NCBI GenBank assembly: GCA_049997815.1
Contig: JBEKVQ010000002.1
Span: forward strand, 74,483 to 138,482
Direction of reading: 5' to 3'
DNA length: 64,000 nt
Source of the DNA: Minisyncoccia bacterium
Lineage (GTDB): Bacteria > Patescibacteriota > Minisyncoccia > UBA6257 > GWB1-50-10
Part shown: in pieces, positions 1 through 8,290 of the stretch
How positions within the stretch are numbered: the stretch's first letter is position 1
Layout: the number at the start of each line of letters is the position of its first letter
Program-made: the position numbers and the translations under genes
Notes under the pieces: model-generated
Seen by the model: only the letters and a program-made list of their open reading frames with translations
Told to the model about the DNA's origin: nothing
Database searches by the model: none

Positions 1-61
1 CGTAACGGCAGGACCCCTTTTTCGTTATAACTATTGACGCAGGAGAAACAGTCCTGTAGTT

Positions 62-70
62 TGTTACAAT
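62..70 (+). promoter_or_regulatory. Extended -10 promoter-like element TGtTACAAT upstream of the long leader of the surface-protein gene
   Basis: tgtTACAAT at 62-70; same TGn-TAnnnT pattern recurs at other promoters in the window. Confidence 0.3.
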
Positions 71-445
71 ATAAGTAGGTTTTGCTTAGAGTGAGGCTAG
101 GCAAGGTGTCTAGCCGTTAGCGTGAGAATGCTAATGGCTTTACGTTTTAGCGGAACAAGGGAGGAATCCCGCGTTCGGCTTTGCTGGTCTCGCTTCAAGC
201 GGGACTTTTACTTTTTAGATACTACCCCACCGTTTCCTTGAGCTTCCGCCGCTTACCTCACTTAGGCGGTGGTCGAAAAGCCGGGTTAAATGGTGTTCCG
301 AAACCCAAAAGGTCGGCGGCTTGAAACGAAAAATCGTTTCCAAGTCCGAAAAATCGAAAATATTAAGTCGAAAACAAAACAATTAGCCGATTCAATTAAA
401 TAAGCGATTATTTCTTTGTTTTGGTTATTTGTACTAATTACAGTA

Positions 446-3400
446 ATGAGTAAATTAAGTCGAAAAGTTGTGGCGGTAGGCCTCACACTCACCACGGCCG
501 TTTGGCTCGCTGGTGCAGTGCTTCCGGCTTCCGCCCAAACCTCTGCGGCTACGATTGCCCAGTTAATGGCGCAAATCCAGGCTTTGCAGAGTCAGTTACA
601 GGCCCTTCAGGGTTCTGCGAGCACCCAATCATCTTCCTATAGCTTCACCAGGGACCTCACCCTTGGCAGCAAAGGAGCGGATGTGACGGCGCTTCAGCAG
701 TTCCTCGTGAGCGGCGCCTATCTACAGATGCCCGCCGGAGTGGCTTATGGCTACTTTGGTTCTTTAACGCAGGCAGCTGTGGTGCGCTGGCAGGGAGCTG
801 CCGGCGTCTACCCCACGGCCGGTTACTTCGGTCCTAAGAGCCGCGCGGCCATCGCTTTGGCCGTCGGTACGGGTACTGGTACTGGCACTGGGGGCGTAGT
901 TGTTTCCGGTCCGTCATCGGTGGCTTTGTCGCCGATGAATGTGGCGAACACGAACGTTCCGATTAACGTCGACACCACGCATTTTGAAGTGGTGCCGGTT
1001 TTGACGGTCCGCTTCACGGCCGGTCCGGCTCCTCTCACGGTCACTGGATTTAACGTCCAGCGCTCCGGTTTGTCCTCGGACCAGGATCTTGCGAACGTCT
1101 ATCTATTGGACGGTTCCAAGATCGTGACCACTAACATCGGTATGAACAACGGCCTCGTTCAATTCTCGAACGCCGCCGGTCTCTTCACGGTGAATGCGGG
1201 CACGTATAAGGATATTACAGTGGCGGTCTCCATCTCGATCTCCGCTACCGCTTCCGGCCACACTTACCAATTCTCCGTTCCTTCCGCGGCTTCAATAACC
1301 ACGGCGGGCGCGACGACGGTAGGCGGCGTGTTCCCGATTATGAGCAACACCATGACTGCCGCCTCGGTTACTAACCTCGGCGGAGTAACGGTCACGAACG
1401 GCTCGGCGGGTATCACGGCGGGTACGGCTCTTTCCGTAAACGCTGGTCAGGCAAAGTTCAATGCCGGCGTGTTCACCCTTCAGGCGAACAACCAGGCGGT
1501 TTCCGTGAAGTCAATCACTTTGACGAACACGGCAAGCTTGGGACCCTCTGATCTCGCGAATGTCACCCTTTATAACGGTGCGACGCAGGTCGGCACGGCA
1601 CAGGCAATCGGCGGTGCGAACCAGGTTACCTTCGATCTAACGGCTAACCCCCTACAGCTCTCGGCCGGGCAGAGCGTCCAGCTCTTCCTCTACACCGACA
1701 TTGTGGGCGGCGTGAACCGTTACTTCCAGTTCTCGGTTCAGCACAACTACGACATCGTGGCGACGGATATGATGTACAACATCGGATTCTTGCCGGCGAT
1801 GAACACCGGGAACTTCCCGATGAACTTGTCCTACGTCAGCGTTCAGCAGGGTACGCTCACGCTTACCCGCGATTTTGCCTCTCCGGTGAACTATGTTCTC
1901 CCGGGCGGGACGAATCAGACCATCGCGAAGTTTGACTTTGTGGCGGGCGGTGAAGCGGTGAAGATCACCCAGTTGAATGCAGTCCTGAATACCACGGCTA
2001 ACGTCACTAACCTCAAGGTTATTGATGACCAGGGTACGCAGATCGGCACGACCCAGGCTACGGTTGCAACGACCACGTATTACACGAACCTGAACTACTT
2101 GATCCCTTCGGGAACCAAGAGGGTGGTTTCGATAATCCTGGATGTCGGCACCAACTTCAGCGGCACCTTAACGGGTACCTTGAACAACATTGCGGGTCAG
2201 GGTTACACCTCGCTCGCGACGGTTCCCTCGACGGGCACGTTATCTTCAACGGGTAACACGCTCTCGGTTTCGGGCAGCATCCTGAGCGCTGGTTTGAACA
2301 GCGCGATGGGTAACACGAATGTCGTGTCGGGTCAGGTTAACGCGAGGATCGGCTCTTTCACTTTGACGGCTGGTCCCAGCTCCGGAGTGAATGTCTCGAA
2401 CTTCCAGTTCACGACGGCGGCGGCCTCGTATGATCCGGCCTCTAAGTACCAGAACGTGCGCTTGATGTATGGCAACACGCAGGTCGGCAACACGCAGAAC
2501 GTGTTGACGAACGGCGGTACCATCACCTTCAGCGCGGCTCAGCCGATCTTAATTCCGGCCGGCGGCCAGGTAATTCTTGATGTCTATGGAGACGTAAAGA
2601 CGGGCGCCGGTAGCGGCACCTCCACTCCGGGCATTGTGACTTTGGCCACGAACGGCGTTTCGGCGACGGCGGTGGCGACCACGCAATCCGTTTCTACGGT
2701 CACGGGTACTCCAACGCCCGGCCAGACGGTATTCTTAGTGGCGGCGGGTACGCTCGCCTTCAATGCCGGCAGTATGCCGGGCACAACGGCAGGCGCTACT
2801 CAGATTGGAATGGGTGTAACGGGTGTGAAGCTCGCTTCTTATCAGCTAACCGGCTCACCGAGCGAAGCGATCACTCTCAACAACGTTTACCTCACGTCCA
2901 CGTCGTCACTCACGGGCGCCTTCACCAACTTCCGGTTGATGAACGGTGCTACGCAGCTTGGCAGCGCTTTGTCCCCGAGTCAGTCGAGTTCGCCCTATAC
3001 CGTAACGTGGGTAGGTTTGAACCTTCCGATATCTCAGGGCGGCACGCTTACCTTGGATGTGGTGGCGGATGCGAACACGTATTCGGCGCTTTCCCAGGGT
3101 TATACGACCAGCTCGAACACCACAACGACGGTGTCGATCTATCAGCTTGACTACCAGGGAACGGCGTCCAACCAGACGGCGAGTGTGACCGGCACAGCTG
3201 TGTATGGCAATACCTTCGTTGCTGTCCGCAATACTTTGACGGCGGCGCTCGCGAGCGTACCGTTGGCTTCATCCGTGAGCGATGCCGCTAGCGTTGCAGG
3301 ATTCGCCTTCACGGCGGGTAATGCGGCAGGTACGCAGGACCCGGCTTACTTGAAGAGCATTGCGATCACCCAGATATACTCTGGCTTGAACTCGAGCTCT

Positions 3401-3760
3401 ACGATTCCTGTTACCTACCACGTCCTTGTTAATGGTCAGCAAGTAGCGACGGCTACTAGCACGACTCCTTCGGGAGGTTCCGCGACGCTTACCCTTAGCC
3501 AAGGGCCGGCGACATCGGGAGGACCCGGTGGCACGGCTGGTCTCATCATCACCAAGGGCACTTCCCAGACTCTCACGATCACGGCAGATCTGAGCTCGTC
3601 TCTGTTCACCGAAGCGACCCAGGGCGTGAAAGGACCCTATCAGATCAAGATGACGAATTACACTTGGTCCGATGGTACGATGGCGTCCATCAACGCGGAT
3701 CCGAACAATATCACTGCGACGAACCCGTTGTATGGCTCATCCGCTGCTCTCCAGTTCTAG
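446..3760 (+). CDS. Large secreted surface (S-layer-like) protein with signal peptide, coiled-coil, PG_binding_1-like domain, (GT)n linker and long Thr/Ser/Asn/Gly/Val-rich repeated beta-rich domains
   Basis: ORF 416-3760 (TTG at 416; ATG at 446 gives MSKLSRKVVAVGLTLTTAVWLAGAVLPASA-QT, a classic Sec signal with AXA site); IAQLMAQIQALQSQLQALQG coiled coil; GSKGADVTALQQFL...GYFGSLTQAAVVRWQ peptidoglycan-binding-like motif; GTGTGTGTG linker; recurring N[VF]xL[YM]NGATQ[VL]G modules. Confidence 0.85.
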   Translation: MSKLSRKVVAVGLTLTTAVWLAGAVLPASAQTSAATIAQLMAQIQALQSQLQALQGSASTQSSSYSFTRDLTLGSKGADVTALQQFLVSGAYLQMPAGVAYGYFGSLTQAAVVRWQGAAGVYPTAGYFGPKSRAAIALAVGTGTGTGTGGVVVSGPSSVALSPMNVANTNVPINVDTTHFEVVPVLTVRFTAGPAPLTVTGFNVQRSGLSSDQDLANVYLLDGSKIVTTNIGMNNGLVQFSNAAGLFTVNAGTYKDITVAVSISISATASGHTYQFSVPSAASITTAGATTVGGVFPIMSNTMTAASVTNLGGVTVTNGSAGITAGTALSVNAGQAKFNAGVFTLQANNQAVSVKSITLTNTASLGPSDLANVTLYNGATQVGTAQAIGGANQVTFDLTANPLQLSAGQSVQLFLYTDIVGGVNRYFQFSVQHNYDIVATDMMYNIGFLPAMNTGNFPMNLSYVSVQQGTLTLTRDFASPVNYVLPGGTNQTIAKFDFVAGGEAVKITQLNAVLNTTANVTNLKVIDDQGTQIGTTQATVATTTYYTNLNYLIPSGTKRVVSIILDVGTNFSGTLTGTLNNIAGQGYTSLATVPSTGTLSSTGNTLSVSGSILSAGLNSAMGNTNVVSGQVNARIGSFTLTAGPSSGVNVSNFQFTTAAASYDPASKYQNVRLMYGNTQVGNTQNVLTNGGTITFSAAQPILIPAGGQVILDVYGDVKTGAGSGTSTPGIVTLATNGVSATAVATTQSVSTVTGTPTPGQTVFLVAAGTLAFNAGSMPGTTAGATQIGMGVTGVKLASYQLTGSPSEAITLNNVYLTSTSSLTGAFTNFRLMNGATQLGSALSPSQSSSPYTVTWVGLNLPISQGGTLTLDVVADANTYSALSQGYTTSSNTTTTVSIYQLDYQGTASNQTASVTGTAVYGNTFVAVRNTLTAALASVPLASSVSDAASVAGFAFTAGNAAGTQDPAYLKSIAITQIYSGLNSSSTIPVTYHVLVNGQQVATATSTTPSGGSATLTLSQGPATSGGPGGTAGLIITKGTSQTLTITADLSSSLFTEATQGVKGPYQIKMTNYTWSDGTMASINADPNNITATNPLYGSSAALQF
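868..894 (+). repeat. In-frame (ggtacN)n microsatellite encoding a GTGTGTGTG linker
   Basis: ggtacgggtactggtactggcactggg. Confidence 0.6.
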
Positions 3761-3799
3761 TTCTTCCGAATCGGTTTCCTGATAGCGCATAATCAGGCA

Positions 3800-3837
3800 C
3801 CCCGCCAGTCCATTGGACTGGCGGGGTTTGTCTTTAT
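3800..3837 (+). terminator. Rho-independent terminator after surface-protein gene
   Basis: ccccgccagtcc-att-ggactggcgggg followed by tttgtctttat. Confidence 0.8.
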
Positions 3838-3850
3838 AGAATTAAATCTA

Positions 3851-4105
3851 ATGTTCTATGTTTATGTTTTGAAAAATAAATTCCGGCAGATTTATATCGG
3901 ATACACAGGAGATTTAAGATGAAGATTCAAGGACCATAATTCTGGCAGGTCAAAATATACGAAATTACGCCTACCCTGGACTCTGGCGTATTACGAGGCA
4001 TTTTTATCATCGAAAGATGCTAGAATTAGAGAAAGGACCCTGAAAAGTTATGGAAGTACTCTGGGTCAATTGAAAATAAGAATCAAAAATAGCCTAAACG
4101 GGTAA
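3851..4105 (+). pseudogene. GIY-YIG nuclease family (YhbQ/COG2827-like) gene interrupted by an in-frame TGA at 3920-3922
   Basis: Translation MFYVYVLKNKFRQIYIGYTGDLR*RFKDHNSGRSKYTKLRLPWTLAYYEAFLSSKDARIRERTLKSYGSTLGQLKIRIKNSLNG aligns along its length with the intact 94-aa GIY-YIG protein at 42083-42367 (FYYVYVIRSKKDGIWYTGFTPDLRKRFKEHN...ELIYYEASKNKADARSRERYLKSGMGKRYLKNRLKR); TGA is a genuine stop elsewhere in the window. Confidence 0.7.
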
Positions 4106-4138
4106 AAAGTATCAATGTGTAGCATATCTGTATTAATC

Positions 4139-4147
4139 TGTTATAAT
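4139..4147 (+). promoter_or_regulatory. Extended -10 promoter (TGtTATAAT) for the Wzy_C gene, flanked by direct repeats gtattaatc
   Basis: ctgtTATAAT at 4139-4147; gtattaatc at 4130-4138 and 4150-4158. Confidence 0.5.
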
Positions 4148-4165
4148 CCGTATTAATCCGTGTCT

Positions 4166-5533
4166 ATGGACTATTTAAAGATCTCGAAGCTCTTCCTGAA
4201 AATTTCGGTACTTTGTGTGGCGATTGTGACCGTTTCCACGCTTTTCCCGTTCATCGTCGGAAAATATTCCTGGTTCCGGGCGAGCGTGGATATCGCCCTA
4301 GTCTTTTTCTGTTTGGGGCTCATATTCCAACGGAACCTGGAACCGATCTGGGATCAGTTCCGGCGAATGTTTCGTTCGCCGCTCGTTTGGATGGTAACCT
4401 TGTTCATCGCCGTATTTCTTTTAGCTTGTCTTTTCGGCGTCAATCCTCACTGGTCTTTCTGGTCCAATTTCGAACGGGGCGAGGGGGGATTCCAAATGGT
4501 CCACCTTTACGTATTTTTTTTCCTTCTGGTTCTTTTGTTCCGTGAAGAAAAGGACTGGCAGAGCATCATGAAGTGGTTTTTAACCGGTGGTTTTTTGATG
4601 GTTCTCTACGGCGTGGCCGCGGGTTTCAAATGGTCCGGATTTGTAGGACCGGCTTTCGGTGATTCCGGTTATCGTTTTCAGGGATCTATCGGCAACCCCG
4701 CTTACGTTGCGATTTTTGCCGTATTTATGGTGTTTTATTGCCTATACCTGCTTTTTAACCGCTATCGCCAAAATTTGAAATCCGCCGGGGCCATAACTCT
4801 CTTCGTCCTACTTGCGGTCTTTCTCGCGACGTTCTTCGCGGCCGCGACCCGCGGCACTTTTGTGGGATTGATCGCGGCCATCGTGGTGTTTCTCGGATAT
4901 TTCGCCTACAGCCACAAGGCCTGGCGCAAACGAGCCCTCTTGGCCGGCATAGTAATTATCACCTTTGTGGTTATTATGGGAATCTTTAAAGACACTAAAT
5001 TCGTTCAAAGCATTCCCGGTTCGCGGGTCTTCGATCTTTCCGTGACCGCTCAGACTTTCAGCGACCGGGTCAAAATTTGGAATATGGCCTGGAACGGCTT
5101 TCTCGCCCGGCCGGTCTTGGGTTGGGGACCGGAAAATTTCATCCAGGTCTTTTATCGGTATTTCACTCCGGACTTCTTCTCGCCGAGTGTGGGATTCGGT
5201 GCCTGGTTCGACAGGGCTCACAGCTTCATCTTTGATTATCTGGCGGAGACGGGCGCGCTCGGGTTCCTGAGTTTTGCCGGCATCTTCGTCGCTTTCTTTT
5301 GGAAATTCTTCCGCTCTCAATCCCAGGATGCCGAAACGTCTTTTAGCCGAAGACCTCTCCTAGAAAGGTCCCTGATATTTGCTCTCCCGGTGGCCTATCT
5401 TGTCCAGGGATTGGTTTTGTTCGATGTTTTACCAATTTATATGAACATATTTTTCTTTATGGCTTTCGCGGTCTATTTATTTCAATCGGATCAGTCCCCA
5501 AAGAAAAACTCGCCGCAGTTTAGGCAATCATGA
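4166..5533 (+). CDS. O-antigen ligase / Wzy_C family polytopic membrane protein (candidate O-oligosaccharyltransferase or ligase)
   Basis: About 10-12 TM helices; RFQGSIGNPAYVAIF (R-x2-G-x3-NP-x3-A loop motif of WaaL/PglL/WsaB) and AHSFIFDYLAETGALG (conserved His + E-x-G motif); alternative GTG start at 4160. Confidence 0.8.
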   Translation: MDYLKISKLFLKISVLCVAIVTVSTLFPFIVGKYSWFRASVDIALVFFCLGLIFQRNLEPIWDQFRRMFRSPLVWMVTLFIAVFLLACLFGVNPHWSFWSNFERGEGGFQMVHLYVFFFLLVLLFREEKDWQSIMKWFLTGGFLMVLYGVAAGFKWSGFVGPAFGDSGYRFQGSIGNPAYVAIFAVFMVFYCLYLLFNRYRQNLKSAGAITLFVLLAVFLATFFAAATRGTFVGLIAAIVVFLGYFAYSHKAWRKRALLAGIVIITFVVIMGIFKDTKFVQSIPGSRVFDLSVTAQTFSDRVKIWNMAWNGFLARPVLGWGPENFIQVFYRYFTPDFFSPSVGFGAWFDRAHSFIFDYLAETGALGFLSFAGIFVAFFWKFFRSQSQDAETSFSRRPLLERSLIFALPVAYLVQGLVLFDVLPIYMNIFFFMAFAVYLFQSDQSPKKNSPQFRQS

Positions 5534-6141
5534 GAAGCTCGCTCAAATATATCCTTGCCGGCGTCTTGATCATTGCGGCGGTCTTCGCCACTGTTCGCGG
5601 TTCATTGCAGCCGTTCACGAAAGCCCAGCTTTTCATAAAGGGGCTAAAAAATCTTTCGAGCGTAAAAACACTCGATGATTTCACCGCCCAATTCGACGCC
5701 GTTTTCAACTATCCGTCGCCTGTCGGCAATGAAGAAGTAGCCAAGTTTTTGTCGGATCAGGTAACGAGCATCGTTTCCCAGCAAAGCCAGCCAGAAGACG
5801 TTTCCCGCGTCCTGGTTTCGTACATGGAGTCGCATATATCTCAGAATGATCTCCTGAGCCTTTTCACCATTGCCCATTTTCATGCGATCCTTTGGCAGAG
5901 GTTCCATAGGACAGAGGATTATTCGCAGGCGGAGCAGGCTCTGAAGAGGGCGCTTTCGATTGGCCCCGAGGTTCCTCCGGTGCTCTACAGCCTGGCCAGT
6001 CTCTATGCATCAGGCGGCGACAGGGTTAAGTTCGTGCAAACAGCCCAAACCATTCTTTCGTACTGGCCGGATGACACTCAATTAAAGAGCACTCTTGCAA
6101 ACCTTGCTTCGCCGGTTCCCGCCACCTCAGCCACTAAATAG
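5530..6141 (+). CDS. Hypothetical N-terminally membrane-anchored protein, possibly TPR-like C-terminus
   Basis: ATGA overlap with upstream stop; MRSSLKYILAGVLIIAAVFATV anchor; no recognised catalytic motif. Confidence 0.55.
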   Translation: MRSSLKYILAGVLIIAAVFATVRGSLQPFTKAQLFIKGLKNLSSVKTLDDFTAQFDAVFNYPSPVGNEEVAKFLSDQVTSIVSQQSQPEDVSRVLVSYMESHISQNDLLSLFTIAHFHAILWQRFHRTEDYSQAEQALKRALSIGPEVPPVLYSLASLYASGGDRVKFVQTAQTILSYWPDDTQLKSTLANLASPVPATSATK

Positions 6142-6154
6142 CACCGAAAGTGCA

Positions 6155-7048
6155 ATGAGTGAATTCCGCAGGGAAAAACCAGAAAGTTTTGCGAGTCCGA
6201 CCCAGCTCCCCAGAACCTCGGCCGAAGCCGCTGAATGGCAAAAGAGCAACTCCGACTGGTGGGAAAAGAATCCGATGCGCTACGATTGGAAAAGTTCCAT
6301 CCCGCATGAGAAGTTCTCGCGGGAGTTTTTCAATGAGATTGACGATCGTTTTTTTTCGGCTGCCCGAGAATATCTGGATCCGCATTCGGCGATTCCTTTC
6401 GACGAATTTATCCACTTCGATTCCCTCAAGGATAAAAGGGTTCTCGAGATAGGCATCGGGAACGGAAGTCACGCCCAATTCCTGGCCCGTTATTCGAAGT
6501 CCTTCACGGGGATAGACATCACGGAGTACGCCGTAATGAGCACTAAGGCAAGGATGAAGGTTTTCGGTTTGAAGGGCGACATCGGGAAGATGGATGCCGA
6601 AAAGTTGGAGTTTGACGACGATAGCTTTGACTTCGTTTGGAGTTGGGGTGTCATTCACCACTCCTCCGATACCACGAAAATTTTGAGAGAGATTCATCGC
6701 GTGCTCCGTCCCGGCGGCAGAGCCGTTATTATGGTTTATCACCGCGGCTGGTGGAACTATTACGTCACGGGAGCATTGGAGGGCCTTGTCTCCGGTAATT
6801 TATTGAAGACGAAGTCGCTCGGCGAATCAGTTCAATTGCATACGGACGGCGCGCTCGCGAGGTACTATTCAAAACGGGACTGGATTAGGGTCACGAGGCC
6901 ACTCTTTGCCGAGGCCTCGGTTTGCGTGCGCGGCCCGAAATCGGATATCATTCCTCTCCCGGCCGGCAAGTTGAAAAATCTCGTCTCCTCTTTCTTGACC
7001 GGGAGATTCGAGATGGGAGGTTTTTTAGTCTCTGGCTTGGTCAAGTAA
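6155..7048 (+). CDS. Class I SAM-dependent methyltransferase
   Basis: VLEIGIGNGSHAQFLA (motif I), FDFVWSWGVIHHSSD, VLRPGGRAVIMVY; paralogue of 33679-34449; ATG 6155 preferred over 6095 because the upstream gene ends at 6141. Confidence 0.8.
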   Translation: MSEFRREKPESFASPTQLPRTSAEAAEWQKSNSDWWEKNPMRYDWKSSIPHEKFSREFFNEIDDRFFSAAREYLDPHSAIPFDEFIHFDSLKDKRVLEIGIGNGSHAQFLARYSKSFTGIDITEYAVMSTKARMKVFGLKGDIGKMDAEKLEFDDDSFDFVWSWGVIHHSSDTTKILREIHRVLRPGGRAVIMVYHRGWWNYYVTGALEGLVSGNLLKTKSLGESVQLHTDGALARYYSKRDWIRVTRPLFAEASVCVRGPKSDIIPLPAGKLKNLVSSFLTGRFEMGGFLVSGLVK

Positions 7049-7072
7049 TTTTCATGTATTTAGCTTTCTCAA

Positions 7073-8275
7073 ATGATGGATAAAAAAACCAAATTATTCA
7101 TTGCGACTCTGGATCCGGCAAAGCAGGGGGGCGTTCCCACCATGGCTAAGTTCGTTTATACCGAAGCAATACGGGATGGCCTTGAACCTTGGCCGATTTA
7201 CAACATAGTCCGGAGTTTCAGGCAGGAAAAAGAACCCGGAACCTTCTCTGGTGTTCTCAATGGATTTAAAGCCGAGGCGCATCAGGAGGTTCTTTACGGA
7301 TTGAATGGCATCGGGATTGACAGAGTACTTCCGGAGTTGGAGTTTTTTAATTATCTCCTGAATTTAAGGGTCTGGAAGAGAATCACAAATGAAGACGGCA
7401 TCTTTTTTGGGGCTTGCGGAGCTAATCTTTGCATGTTGCCATTTGCTTTGCTGAACAAAGATTTTTCTCTTTGGGTGGCAACCACGCTCTATGAGGACAA
7501 AATAGACAGGGTAAGGCGATCGTCCCTGTCCTGGAAGATAAGGGATATCCTTTCCTTGCCGATACTCCTGTGGATGGAAGGGTTCGTTTTCAGGAAAGCC
7601 AAGAGAATCTTGGCCCTCAGTACGTATACGAAAGACTGCATAATGAAAAAATATGGCGTGGACATATCCAAGATCGACGTAGCATTTTACCCGATCGACT
7701 CGAAGTCGTTTTATCCAATCCCTTATGGCAAGAGGAAAAATGACTATATCCTCTTTACCGGCCGCATAACCGATTTGAGAAAGAACGCGGCCATGCTGAT
7801 ATCCGCCTTCGCGAAGATACATGAAGAATTTCCGTGGGTAAAATTGAAATTTGCCGGGGAGATTCCAGGTGAGAAATTATTTCGTCTGGTGAGAGAATTG
7901 GGCGTTTCCGACCATGTAGAGTTCATTGATTTTGTGAGAGAGCGCGAGCTGCTGTCTCTTTACCAAAACGCCCTTCTTTTCGTAATCCCGTCACTTCAGG
8001 AGGGCTTGTGCATCTCCGGCTTGGAGGCCTTGGCTTGCGGCATTCCGGTTATCTCCACGAAATGCGGCGGGCCGGAGGATTTCGTCGTTGACGGCGTAAC
8101 CGGATATTTAGTGAACAACGATGACGAAGGCGATATGGTGGAAAAGATGCGCGCATTTTTAAATATGAAGGAAGAAGGACGGAAATCTCTGTCCATGGGT
8201 GCGGTGGAGCATATTAAGGAGAACAACTCGATCGAGAAAATTTGGCCGAAGTTCAGGGATTGTTTTATACTTTAA
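7073..8275 (+). CDS. Glycosyltransferase family 4 (GT-B, retaining)
   Basis: EGLCISGLEALACGIPVISTKCGGPEDFVVDGVTGYLV (E-x7-E region). Confidence 0.85.
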   Translation: MMDKKTKLFIATLDPAKQGGVPTMAKFVYTEAIRDGLEPWPIYNIVRSFRQEKEPGTFSGVLNGFKAEAHQEVLYGLNGIGIDRVLPELEFFNYLLNLRVWKRITNEDGIFFGACGANLCMLPFALLNKDFSLWVATTLYEDKIDRVRRSSLSWKIRDILSLPILLWMEGFVFRKAKRILALSTYTKDCIMKKYGVDISKIDVAFYPIDSKSFYPIPYGKRKNDYILFTGRITDLRKNAAMLISAFAKIHEEFPWVKLKFAGEIPGEKLFRLVRELGVSDHVEFIDFVRERELLSLYQNALLFVIPSLQEGLCISGLEALACGIPVISTKCGGPEDFVVDGVTGYLVNNDDEGDMVEKMRAFLNMKEEGRKSLSMGAVEHIKENNSIEKIWPKFRDCFIL

Positions 8276-8290
8276 GCAAGGTAAAAATCG

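Noticed and set aside
1-415. tmRNA, RNase P RNA or SRP RNA in the upstream non-coding region
   Set aside because: No recognisable conserved cores were seen (no tRNA-like CCA acceptor end or tag reading frame, no GGAAAGTCCGG-type P4 element). It is left as an unassigned structured leader.
3920-3922. Possibility that the in-frame TGA in the GIY-YIG copy is decoded (code 25, glycine) rather than a stop
   Set aside because: TGA clearly terminates other genes in the window (for example 5531-5533, 9017-9019, 42083-42085). The intact paralogue has Lys at that position. Pseudogenisation or a sequencing error is more parsimonious.
4213-4545. 110-aa ORF nested in another frame of the Wzy_C gene
   Set aside because: It is an overlapping-frame artefact. 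The host frame encodes a coherent polytopic membrane protein with family motifs.
6095-6154. Upstream ATG at 6095 for the methyltransferase
   Set aside because: It would overlap the preceding gene by 47 nt and adds a Pro-rich extension. The ATG at 6155 follows the upstream stop and starts directly before the conserved methyltransferase fold.
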